From Chlorobium sp. (GTDB lineage Bacteria > Bacteroidota > Chlorobiia > Chlorobiales > Chlorobiaceae), in contig SZXW01000002.1 in the NCBI GenBank assembly GCA_005862285.1, forward strand, positions 188,849 to 252,848: a DNA stretch of 64,000 nt, written 5' to 3'. A program made the translations under genes and the position numbers. The notes beneath the pieces were generated by a model that did no database searches, had not been told where the DNA came from, and saw nothing but the letters and a program-made list of their open reading frames with translations. Positions 55,942 to 64,000 of this stretch are shown piece after piece (within the stretch, counting starts at the first letter, position 1; each line of letters opens with the position of its first letter).

Positions 55942-56748
55942 ATGAAACAACTGACTCTCTGTATAACCGGTAGCACCGACGGGATCGGGCTTGCGGCGGC
56001 GAAGCGGTTTGCATCGGCGAGGCACAGGGTCATCGTGCATGGCCGCGATGCTTCGAGGATCAGGATCGCATGCTCGGATATTCTCCGTGACACAGGCGAG
56101 GAACCGATTGGCGCGATCGAGGCAGATTTCACCTCGCTCGATGCCGTTTATGCCATGGGCCGTGTGCTGCTCGATCGCTATTCCGGTATCGATCTCCTGA
56201 TCAACAATGCGGCGGTCTATAATCCTGAACGTACGATTGTTCCTGAAGGGTACGAGACGACGTTCTGCATCAATTATCTTGCCGCGGTGCTGCTTACTAA
56301 AGTGATCAAGCCTCTCCTGATTGCCAACGGTGGCTCGGTGCTCAATGTGAGTTCCGTGGATCATCACAGCGCCATATTCGATCCGTTAAACATGCAGGGC
56401 GAGCAGCGCTATTCGGGATATGACGCCTACGCACGTAGCAAGCTCTTCAACATCATGTTCACGCTTGATTCCGCATTCGGCGATGATCCTTTGAGATCGA
56501 ACACGCTCGATCCCGGAGTGATTGCTACCAAACTGCTGCATGCCGGATGGGCTCTCGGCGGCGACGATGTTTCAGTCGGCGGCGAAGAGGTCTACGCGAC
56601 GGTTCTTGAAATCGCGAGGAACAATTGGAACGGTGAGTATTTCGAGAACCTTCGCCCGACAAGATGCTCAGCGGTTGCTATGGACCCTTTTCAGAGAAAG
56701 GAACTTGCCGAACTGGCCGGGAACATGCTGAGTCGTTTCAGATTGTGA
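55942..56748 (+). CDS. Short-chain dehydrogenase/reductase (classical SDR)
   Basis: 268-aa ORF with TGSTDGIGLAAA, NNAAV and YARSK. Confidence 0.85.
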   Translation: MKQLTLCITGSTDGIGLAAAKRFASARHRVIVHGRDASRIRIACSDILRDTGEEPIGAIEADFTSLDAVYAMGRVLLDRYSGIDLLINNAAVYNPERTIVPEGYETTFCINYLAAVLLTKVIKPLLIANGGSVLNVSSVDHHSAIFDPLNMQGEQRYSGYDAYARSKLFNIMFTLDSAFGDDPLRSNTLDPGVIATKLLHAGWALGGDDVSVGGEEVYATVLEIARNNWNGEYFENLRPTRCSAVAMDPFQRKELAELAGNMLSRFRL

Positions 56749-56992
56749 CAGGGTGAACGGAGCGCTTTATAATTGCTATTGCTGTGCATTCAGATTGCTG
56801 CGCTGATTGACACTCGAAAATTAAATCTACTCAGTTTTCATTATTGTTTCTCTTGCTTCAACCGTCTTGCCCTCGGTCCGCACATGAAAAAAATAGGGTT
56901 ACTTTTAAATTCCATCTTCGTCTAAGAATTGTAAATTAGAAAAACGAAGCTATTTGTTTATCTACTCTTTATCGGTAAATAATTTCGGATTC

Positions 56993-57583
56993 ATGGCTAT
57001 CAATACTTTTTCTGAGACCATCCAGCTTGGATATGAAATTCATGAGTGGAGACACGCTTCAGCGATCCTTGCCAGCGATTTTCCTCATGAACTGGCTGAT
57101 ATTTGCAGTGTTCTAGAACGCTTTCATCTCTGTAAAACTTTTTTAACAACTCCGGGTGGTCGAAAGTCGAAGGTTTCCGAGTTAATCGATTCTCAGCTTT
57201 ATGAGAAGGGATGGTTAGAAAAAAAGTTTGATACTGCTTTTGTCGTTGATGGTAATTCTCTTGCAAGTCCAACGCACTCGGTTGACTGTTATAAGAATCG
57301 GGTTGCACTTGAGATTGAATGGAACAATAAGGACCCGTTTTTTGATCGCGACCTCAACAATTTCAGGTTACTTTTTGAACTCAGGGTTATTTCGGTTGGT
57401 GTCATAGTGACCCGATGTGATGCTCTCCAAAATATTTTTGACGAACTTGGACGGGGAAGTTCTTTCGGGTCTTCTACGACACATATGAGCAAGCTTTTAC
57501 CGAAAATTGAAGGTGGTGGAGGTGGAGGCTGCCCGATACTTGTTTTTGGAATCAAAGAGACTCTTTATGATGAGAATTGTTAA
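56993..57583 (+). CDS. Type II restriction endonuclease, BglII/BamHI-like (PD-(D/E)XK)
   Basis: The candidate catalytic core is VDCYKNRVALEIEW (D...ExE). It is small and AT-rich and is followed 1 nt later by a DNA methyltransferase gene. The fold assignment comes from remembered patterns only. Confidence 0.5.
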   Translation: MAINTFSETIQLGYEIHEWRHASAILASDFPHELADICSVLERFHLCKTFLTTPGGRKSKVSELIDSQLYEKGWLEKKFDTAFVVDGNSLASPTHSVDCYKNRVALEIEWNNKDPFFDRDLNNFRLLFELRVISVGVIVTRCDALQNIFDELGRGSSFGSSTTHMSKLLPKIEGGGGGGCPILVFGIKETLYDENC

Positions 57584-57584
57584 T

Positions 57585-58244
57585 ATGACTGAGCTGACTC
57601 CGGCAGAGGATTTATTGTTGAAAGCTTGTGATCGGTACTCTACCATTCTTGCAGATCCTCCCTGGCAGTTTCAAAATCGCACAGGCAAGATGGCTCCTGA
57701 ACACAAGAGACTTTTAAGGTATCCTACGATGGAAATTAAGGAAATTATGGAACTGCCAGTTCCGAAGCTTGCTGCGGCGAAATCTCATCTTTATCTATGG
57801 GTTCCCAATGCTCTTTTAAAAGAGGGATTACAAGTTATGGAAGCATGGGGGTTTACCTATAAAACCAACCTTGTTTGGTATAAAATCCGTAAGGATGGCG
57901 GTTCTGATGGCCGAGGTGTCGGGTTTTATTTTCGAAATGTTACGGAGCTGATTTTATTCGGTGTAAGGGGTAGCATGAGAACATTGCAACCGGGAAGAAC
58001 GAAAGTTAATCTTTTTGCAACTAGAAAGCGTGAGCATTCCCGGAAACCGGATGAGGTTTATGATTTAATCGAAAAGTGTTCACCCGGTCCTTATCTCGAG
58101 CTATTTGCAAGATTTAAACGAGATGGATGGGATCAGTGGGGAAATGAAGATGTTGAAATGAACTCATTTCATGGTGTTGCCTTTAGAAACGGGCATGCTG
58201 ATGTTTTTGAAAATCAGTTGCAATTGCTTGAATCTTCCCAATAG
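57585..58244 (+). CDS. MT-A70 family DNA methyltransferase (DPPW motif)
   Basis: It has ILADPPWQFQNR (motif IV) and HLYLWV / TELILFG / HSRKP, typical of MT-A70. The ATG at 57585 lies 1 nt after the endonuclease stop; the ORF-track start at 57507 overlaps the endonuclease gene. Confidence 0.85.
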   Translation: MTELTPAEDLLLKACDRYSTILADPPWQFQNRTGKMAPEHKRLLRYPTMEIKEIMELPVPKLAAAKSHLYLWVPNALLKEGLQVMEAWGFTYKTNLVWYKIRKDGGSDGRGVGFYFRNVTELILFGVRGSMRTLQPGRTKVNLFATRKREHSRKPDEVYDLIEKCSPGPYLELFARFKRDGWDQWGNEDVEMNSFHGVAFRNGHADVFENQLQLLESSQ

Positions 58245-58476
58245 AAAACATTGCTTGTTCTTGTAAAAAAAGAAACCAGAAACATAAAGAGAATATTCGG
58301 CTTTCGACGATATGTATACCAATACTCGAAAGCATTGAGTATCAAAATGAAGATATCTTTTTAGTAGCGATTTTATCAGTTGCCTTACACATCCTCTGTT
58401 CTGTTATCCTTAATTCCCGTTTTGTTCCACAGAAGCTGCCGGTTTGCAGCCGGGCTGGAGCCCGGCGCTTACAGGA

Positions 58477-59751
58477 TCAATGCACCGAGCATGAAATGCA
58501 GGGGTCGTAGGAGCGCACCAGCATTTCGCAGAGCTTTTCGGTTTCCCGGTCGGTTTTCCCGTCCTTCACGGCTTCAGCTGCTAGCGCCTGCAGGTCGTAA
58601 TGGATGTTGGCGTTGTTCTGGGTCGTCGGGATGATGCAGTCAGCTTTCAATACCTTGCCTTTATCGTCCGTTTCCATGTGATGGTAAAGCACGCCCCTCG
58701 GTGCTTCGACCGCACCCGTCGCCTCGCCGGCCTTGAGTTTATATGGTGTTCTGATCTCCTGAAGGTCATCGTCAAGCAGACTTTCGATCAGCATTTCGGC
58801 GTTTTCGAAAATGTGATGGCACTCCACGAGCTGGGCGATGTTGTTCATGAACGGGTTGTGGCAGATCGGTTCGAGTCCGAACGATGCGGCAATATCATGA
58901 GCGCGGTGACCGAGCAGCCTGGAATTGTTGTTGAACCTGGCCAGTGCGCCTGCTGCGGATGACTGGCGGCTGACACGGGTGAACTTCGATGTGGAGAAAT
59001 CGGTCAGGTACTCGTTGGTCATCAGCAGGTAATCGTTCTCGTCCCGGACGACGCCATCGGTCGAAACCAGGTCGCCGCCGATGAACGGATAGTCCTTGCC
59101 GTTGCGCAGTGAAATGAACTCGGTTTCACGGACGAACTCCGGAATTGAGAGCGTCCTGAAAAAGTCGGTGGTCCTGTCAAGGGCCGTCCTGCGTTTCAGG
59201 ATCATCTCCTTCAGCTCCTTGAGGCGCTGTTTCGAGGGAGCTTTACTCACGCCTCCAAGCACGAGACTGACCGGATGGGTCGCACGGCCGGTGGTGGCGA
59301 TGCTCATTTCGTTGCCAAGTTCCTTGAGCAGGAGCCCCGCTTTTACGATTTCGGGATGGGAATGAAGGATCGGAACGGCGCTCGGCATGTCGAGAAAGTC
59401 AGGCGCAGCAAGGAAGAAGAGGTGTAGAGCATGGCTTTGCAGTGTTTCGCCATGCATGGCCAGCAGCCTTATCGTTTTCGCAGCTTCCGGCGGTTCGATC
59501 TCCATGGCGCGTTCGAGCGTTCTGATGCTGGCCAGCGAATGGCTGATCGAACAGATCCCGCAGATGCGGGACGTAAGGAATGAGGCTCGTTCGGCACTTA
59601 CACCTCTCAGCATCATTTCGAAGAACCTCGGGGTTTCGATCACTTCCCATTGGGCTTTCTCGAGAGTTCCGTTCTTTACGGAGATGTGAATGTTTCCATG
59701 CCCCTCCACCCTTGGCAGGTGGTGTATATCTATGTTGAAATCAACTTTCAT
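58477..59751 (-). CDS. [NiFe] hydrogenase large (alpha) subunit, group 3b (sulfhydrogenase-type)
   Basis: It has the N-terminal Ni-binding motif [10 protein letters not shown] and the C-terminal DPCISCSVH, which is followed directly by the stop. The ATG at 59751 is preferred over the TTG at 59769. Confidence 0.9.
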   Translation of the reverse strand: MKVDFNIDIHHLPRVEGHGNIHISVKNGTLEKAQWEVIETPRFFEMMLRGVSAERASFLTSRICGICSISHSLASIRTLERAMEIEPPEAAKTIRLLAMHGETLQSHALHLFFLAAPDFLDMPSAVPILHSHPEIVKAGLLLKELGNEMSIATTGRATHPVSLVLGGVSKAPSKQRLKELKEMILKRRTALDRTTDFFRTLSIPEFVRETEFISLRNGKDYPFIGGDLVSTDGVVRDENDYLLMTNEYLTDFSTSKFTRVSRQSSAAGALARFNNNSRLLGHRAHDIAASFGLEPICHNPFMNNIAQLVECHHIFENAEMLIESLLDDDLQEIRTPYKLKAGEATGAVEAPRGVLYHHMETDDKGKVLKADCIIPTTQNNANIHYDLQALAAEAVKDGKTDRETEKLCEMLVRSYDPCISCSVH

Positions 59752-60505
59752 GGTCGAGGTAATCTGCAAAGCCGTTGTAAAATGCCAGTTTTTCCTGCAT
59801 TTCGTCCAAACTAAGGTTTTTTTCTTTCACGATCTGGATGAATGAGGGGAAGTTCATGTCGTCGGATGGTCCGCGGCAGCCGAGGCAGGGTGTTTTGCCT
59901 GTAGGGCACACAGCGTCGCAACCCGCCTTGGTGACCGGTCCGAGGCACACTTCGCCGAGGTCGAACAGACAGGTGTTGAGCTTCTGTTTGCAGTCAACGC
60001 AAACAGGGTATTTCGGAAGGTTGTTCGGGGAGCGCGTCACGACGCCGACCACGATCCGTTCAACCTCGGCTTTGGAGACCGGACAGCCGGGTATCATCAA
60101 GTCGACGGAAACAATATCGCTGATTTTCATCGAAGGCATTGTCTCGACCTTCTTGTCACCGTAAACCACTTTTACTGCTTCGTCCTGCGGAATTTTGTTC
60201 TTTAGATTGTTCACGCCGCCGAAGCAGGCGCAGGTGCCGAATGCAATCAGAACTTTTGCCTGAGCGCGTATTGCTTTCAGTCTCTCGACCTCGTCGCTTC
60301 TTGTAATGCTTCCCTCTACGAGGGCGATGTCGTAATCATCATGACGTTCCGAGGATATTTCCCGGAAGTTCCGGATATCGAGCAGGCCGAGGAAGGCTGG
60401 CAGGGTCGATTCCTTGTTGGCTAGCTGCAGCTGGCATCCTTCGCAGCAGGTGAAGTCGAACGAGCCGATTTTCACCTTGTCTATTTTGAAACCGAGATGG
60501 TTCAT
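59741..60505 (-). CDS. [NiFe] hydrogenase small (delta) subunit, group 3b
   Basis: 254-aa ORF with Cys clusters [17 protein letters not shown] and multiple distal cluster cysteines. Confidence 0.85.
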   Translation of the reverse strand: MNHLGFKIDKVKIGSFDFTCCEGCQLQLANKESTLPAFLGLLDIRNFREISSERHDDYDIALVEGSITRSDEVERLKAIRAQAKVLIAFGTCACFGGVNNLKNKIPQDEAVKVVYGDKKVETMPSMKISDIVSVDLMIPGCPVSKAEVERIVVGVVTRSPNNLPKYPVCVDCKQKLNTCLFDLGEVCLGPVTKAGCDAVCPTGKTPCLGCRGPSDDMNFPSFIQIVKEKNLSLDEMQEKLAFYNGFADYLDHES

Positions 60506-60515
60506 GAGGTTCTCC

Positions 60516-61376
60516 CTAAATCGCTTCCTTGAGGTTCATTACCGACCAGTAATCAAAGACCGGGCCGTCCAGGCAGGTGAAGGTCGAGCCGACCATGCAC
60601 CTGCAGCATTTACCCATGCCGCAGTGCATCCTGCGTTCGAGGGACACGAACATCCGGTTCATCGGAATGCCCTTGCCGTCGAGGTAGTTGCAGACGAACT
60701 TGAACATGATCGGCGGACCGCAGACGATGGCGAAAGTCTTCTTCGAGTCGAAAGAGAACTCGTCGAAGAGCGACGTGATCATTCCGGTCCTGCCTTTCCA
60801 GGTTTCGTCGGGCTTTTCAACGATGGTCATCAACTGGACATTGCTCACTTTCTGCCACTCTTCGAACTGGTAGCTGAAGAGAAGCTGGGATGGCTCCTTT
60901 GCTCCATAGAGGAGATAGACATTCTTGTATTTGTCCCTGTGATTGCTGATCCAGTATAGTGGCGCACGCACCGGGGCTATGCCGAGCCCGCCGGCAACAA
61001 GCAGCACGTTGCTGCCCTCCATCGCCTCCATCGGGAACGCGGTGCCGAAAGGTCCCCTGATGGAGACTATTGCTCCCTGCCTTGCTTCGAACATGGCTGA
61101 TGTCACGTGCCCGGCCTTACGGATGCAGAGTTCGATGAATTCGTGGTTGCTGTTGTCGCTCGATATGGAGATCGGGGCCTCCCCGTATCCGGGCACTTCG
61201 AGCATGAGGAACTGGCCAGGCCTGAAGTTGAAGAGCTGGCGCTCCACAGGGTCGACGATGCGCAGGAGGAACAGCTTCTCCTGCGAAGAGATGGGGACGG
61301 TGTTGGTGATCCGGCACTTGTAGCCCCGGTCGGTGATCATGACTTCGCATTTTTTCTGGAAGTCCGGTGACTTCAT
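60516..61376 (-). CDS. Hydrogenase gamma subunit (FAD/NAD(P)-binding, 2Fe-2S; PyrK-like)
   Basis: It has [18 protein letters not shown] and the C-terminal CGMGKCCRC. The start is ambiguous (61376, 61424 or 61433). The ORF-track N-terminal extension to 61763 overlaps the beta subunit gene out of frame. Confidence 0.78.
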   Translation of the reverse strand: MKSPDFQKKCEVMITDRGYKCRITNTVPISSQEKLFLLRIVDPVERQLFNFRPGQFLMLEVPGYGEAPISISSDNSNHEFIELCIRKAGHVTSAMFEARQGAIVSIRGPFGTAFPMEAMEGSNVLLVAGGLGIAPVRAPLYWISNHRDKYKNVYLLYGAKEPSQLLFSYQFEEWQKVSNVQLMTIVEKPDETWKGRTGMITSLFDEFSFDSKKTFAIVCGPPIMFKFVCNYLDGKGIPMNRMFVSLERRMHCGMGKCCRCMVGSTFTCLDGPVFDYWSVMNLKEAI

Positions 61377-61393
61377 CGCGAATGGTTCGCGGT

Positions 61394-62473
61394 TCAGGTC
61401 CTGTCCGGGGAGGGTGAAACGCATATCATGCATGATTCTCGCTCCAGTCTGAGATCGTTGATGACGTCTTTGGGATTGATGTCTGCCAGGCACGCACGGC
61501 CGCAACGGTTGCATCCCACGCAGATCTGCTGGTTGTCGTTTGCAGCGAACCCGCGGTAGTGGTGGTAGTAGCGGTATTTGAGGCGGTCTCCGTTCCTGGG
61601 CCTGAAGTTGTGGCCGCCGGCAACCTGTGCGAAATCGAGCAGGTTGCACGAGTAGAGGTGGTTCTGCCGCGAAGAACCTTTCAGATCGACGTCGAAACGT
61701 TCTTCGACGCTGTAGCAGTAACAGGTAGGGCAGACCATCGCGCAGGAGCCGCAGCTCAGGCATTTATCGCCCCATTTCTGCCAGATGGGCGAATCGAACT
61801 CGATGTCGAGGAATACAGGAAGTCCGGTCACCTCGATATTGGTCTCGAAGCTGTGCTTGATCGTTTTGCGCCGTTCGATCAGGAGGCAGTTGTCTTCGTA
61901 GGACGGCTCCTCGATCATGAATTCCTTGAGGAATGAATAGGCTTTGGAAGAGTTGATCGAGAGATAGTATTTGTCGCCGATGTCCGAGCAGAAAAGGTTG
62001 AAGCCATGGTTGACCGTATGCCGGTTCATCGATTTGCAGAAGCAGTCCGGCAGGGGCAGGTGGTCCATTCCGATGATGAAGGTGTTTTTTCTGCGGGCGA
62101 GGTAGTATGGTGACGGATAGGGACCGTGAAGCATGACCTCGTCGAGCATATTGATTGCACTGATATCGCATGGCCTGAGCCCGATCAGGATTAATGGCGG
62201 CGCTTCGTAGCGCACCTCCTGTTCCCAGTTTCCATCTTCGAAGGTGAACCGCGAGAGATCGTCGCGGAAAGGCAGGAAGAAATGCTTGGCTGAAGAGTGG
62301 GTTACCGAATAATCGAAATCGATTTCATCGGCCGATTTTACCGGCATGAACTGGTAGATCGGTTTGCCTCCGGTTCCTGTATCGACCTTTTGAGGCCCGT
62401 AAGCATTGTTGTGCTTGACGAGAGCATCGATGAACTTGCTGAACTCCGTTTTTGAAATGACCTTGTATATCAT
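61394..62473 (-). CDS. Hydrogenase beta subunit (4Fe-4S ferredoxin-like)
   Basis: 359-aa ORF with [16 protein letters not shown] and [11 protein letters not shown]. It is the first gene of the four-gene operon (order beta-gamma-delta-alpha). Confidence 0.8.
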   Translation of the reverse strand: MIYKVISKTEFSKFIDALVKHNNAYGPQKVDTGTGGKPIYQFMPVKSADEIDFDYSVTHSSAKHFFLPFRDDLSRFTFEDGNWEQEVRYEAPPLILIGLRPCDISAINMLDEVMLHGPYPSPYYLARRKNTFIIGMDHLPLPDCFCKSMNRHTVNHGFNLFCSDIGDKYYLSINSSKAYSFLKEFMIEEPSYEDNCLLIERRKTIKHSFETNIEVTGLPVFLDIEFDSPIWQKWGDKCLSCGSCAMVCPTCYCYSVEERFDVDLKGSSRQNHLYSCNLLDFAQVAGGHNFRPRNGDRLKYRYYHHYRGFAANDNQQICVGCNRCGRACLADINPKDVINDLRLERESCMICVSPSPDRT

Positions 62474-62576
62474 TGTACAAACTCCTTGTGCGTACGTTCT
62501 GAAAAGGTCAGGATTTATTCGTTAAAGTTAAGCAAAAGCTGACGGCAAGAAAAAAAGATTCTTACCTTTATGTCGT

Positions 62577-63857
62577 TCATTGGCGTTTTTCAAGTACGTA
62601 TACCTGGTCTTTTTTCCTCACTTTCGGGCATTTTACGGTGACGCTGTCACCTTTTGATGCATCCTTTCCAGGGATGTCGTTGGTGAAAAAAGTATCTGCG
62701 GTGCAGTTGACCACTCCTGTTCCGGGTCCTACAATGGAGAGCTTGTCGCCTTTTTTCAGCCCTCTCGCCAGAATGGTTATCTCGGCCACTTCGGCTTTCG
62801 GGAAATATTTTTTCACTTCGCCGATGTAGGTCTTTTTTTCCGAGGCAAGTGAGCCGTACTGCCTGACCCATGCATCGAAAGGCTTGCCGAAGTAGAACCC
62901 TTCGGAAAAACCGCGGTTGTAGACAAGTCCGAGCTCCTTTTTCAACTGTTTTGTCAATGAACTGTATTCTTTCCTGAAATCCGGATCATTACGGTGGGCT
63001 ATGCAGAAATCGATAGCCTGACGGTAGGCGGAAGTTACCGTATGGACATATTCGGGGCTGCGGCTTCTTCCTTCTATTTTGAACGAGCCGATTCCGGCTT
63101 CCATAAGCACATCGAGAAATTCTATGGCACAGAGATCTTTCGGGCTCATGACGTAGTCGCTGCCGATTTCAAGCTTCTCATTCTCTTCCGGGTCGGTGAT
63201 GATATAAAGTCTGCGGCATGGCTGCAGGCACTGTCCGCGGTTCGCCGACTGGCCGAAGAGCTCCTGGGAGATGAAGCAGCGCCCGGAAACAGCAACGCAC
63301 ATCGCTCCGTGAACAAAACATTCAATCCGGACATCAAGCCGGTCTTCCTTTATTTTCCGGGTGATATGCCTGACCTGCTGCAGGGTGAGCTCCCGTGCGA
63401 GCACAATCATTTTCACACCGAGCGAAGCATAGAATTTTACCGCATGGTAGTTGCTGACCGATGCCTGGGTTGAAATATGGAAGGGCATGCCTTCTTTCCT
63501 GCAGGCTTCCATGACGGCCATGTCTGAGCAGATTACGGCATCGAGACCGGCCTTTTTCGCTGCGGCAACAGTACGGGTCATTTTTTCCAGTTCGCGGTCG
63601 TAGATGATGGTGTTCAGGGCAAGGTAGGCCTTTGCCTTGTAAAGGTTGCACAGTTCTCTTATCGAGGGATAATCCTGATCTTTGAAACTTCTGCTTCCAG
63701 CCCGCATGTTATAGCCTTCGGCCCCGAAATAAACAGCATCCGCACCTGCTTTCAGCGCGGTGACCAGTCCGGTCATATCTCCCGCCGGCGCTATGAGTTC
63801 GACAGCCTTTTCCTGCATTGCATATTGTGGAGAGTTCATTTTATTGCATAATAACAC
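62577..63857 (-). CDS. Peptidase U32 family protein
   Basis: 426-aa ORF with [16 protein letters not shown] and E.FVHGAMC...SGRC, typical of U32. The GTG start is at 63857; alternative ATGs lie at 63839 and 63818. Confidence 0.85.
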   Translation of the reverse strand: MLLCNKMNSPQYAMQEKAVELIAPAGDMTGLVTALKAGADAVYFGAEGYNMRAGSRSFKDQDYPSIRELCNLYKAKAYLALNTIIYDRELEKMTRTVAAAKKAGLDAVICSDMAVMEACRKEGMPFHISTQASVSNYHAVKFYASLGVKMIVLARELTLQQVRHITRKIKEDRLDVRIECFVHGAMCVAVSGRCFISQELFGQSANRGQCLQPCRRLYIITDPEENEKLEIGSDYVMSPKDLCAIEFLDVLMEAGIGSFKIEGRSRSPEYVHTVTSAYRQAIDFCIAHRNDPDFRKEYSSLTKQLKKELGLVYNRGFSEGFYFGKPFDAWVRQYGSLASEKKTYIGEVKKYFPKAEVAEITILARGLKKGDKLSIVGPGTGVVNCTADTFFTNDIPGKDASKGDSVTVKCPKVRKKDQVYVLEKRQ

Positions 63858-64000
63858 TTAAATTCGATGAATCGTCAACGCCGGGAAGAGCGAGGCAGCT
63901 GTTCTGTTCCACCGGTTATCCATAAACGCCGAAGTTATGAATGAACGTTTTTTTCTTAAACTGCTGCTTGGAATTTTTTCAGGGCTCATCGCAGCCGAAC

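Noticed and set aside
58380-58634. The 84-aa plus-strand ORF and the GC hairpin (gccggg-ctggag-cccggc, 58449-58466) downstream of the hydrogenase large subunit gene, as a possible small gene or terminator.
   Set aside because: The ORF overlaps the hydA 3' end antisense and is Arg/Pro/Ala-rich. The hairpin lacks a U-tract, so terminator function is uncertain and it was not listed as a feature.
61377-61763. N-terminal extension of the hydrogenase gamma subunit ORF (the track gives 60516-61763, 415 aa).
   Set aside because: The extension is Arg/Pro/Leu/Gln-rich nonsense and overlaps the 3' part of the beta subunit gene in another frame. Starting at 61376 (or 61424/61433) gives the expected ~286-305-aa PyrK-like protein.
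63937-64000. Possible start of a plus-strand gene at the window end (MNERFFLKLLLGIFSGLIAAE...).
   Set aside because: Only ~20 codons are visible and two alternative frames and starts are possible. The evidence is too thin to call.

Overview
This 64-kb chromosomal segment reads as a green sulfur bacterium (Chlorobiaceae, mid-GC). It carries the chlorosome genes csmC-csmA, the BChl c C-20 methyltransferase bchU, a BchH-family Mg-chelatase large subunit and three B12-binding radical SAM genes of the BchE/BchQ/BchR family. These sit in dense housekeeping content: partial bamA, uppS, gatA, sucD, holA, ssb, folK/folB, nadC, tig, recA, dus, asd, alr, rpsU, aroA, lptB and others. A hydBGDA-type group 3b [NiFe] hydrogenase operon lies at 58.5-62.5 kb. 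Just upstream is a small accessory islet with a ParE/RelE + RHH toxin-antitoxin pair, an SDR, and a visibly AT-rich BglII/BamHI-like endonuclease + MT-A70 methyltransferase pair. I recognised no rRNA, tRNA, CRISPR array, transposase or integrase. The most interesting signal is three paralogous Get3/ArsA-type ATPases with alpha-crystallin-like C-terminal domains; two have no cysteine and one has a single cysteine. Two of them bracket csmCA together with a 611-aa PQ-rich/acidic protein. The third is wedged between two near-identical BchQ/BchR-like radical SAM genes next to bchU. Together they are a candidate, uncharacterised chlorosome biogenesis or targeting system. Other observations: a cysteine-synthase/CBS-domain protein lacking the PLP lysine, an Spt-like alpha-oxoamine synthase + SDR pair, conserved 5' leaders shared by paralogous genes, and three families of short structured intergenic repeats, one of which begins right after stop codons. 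All calls rest on reading the sequence and remembered family motifs; no searches were run.
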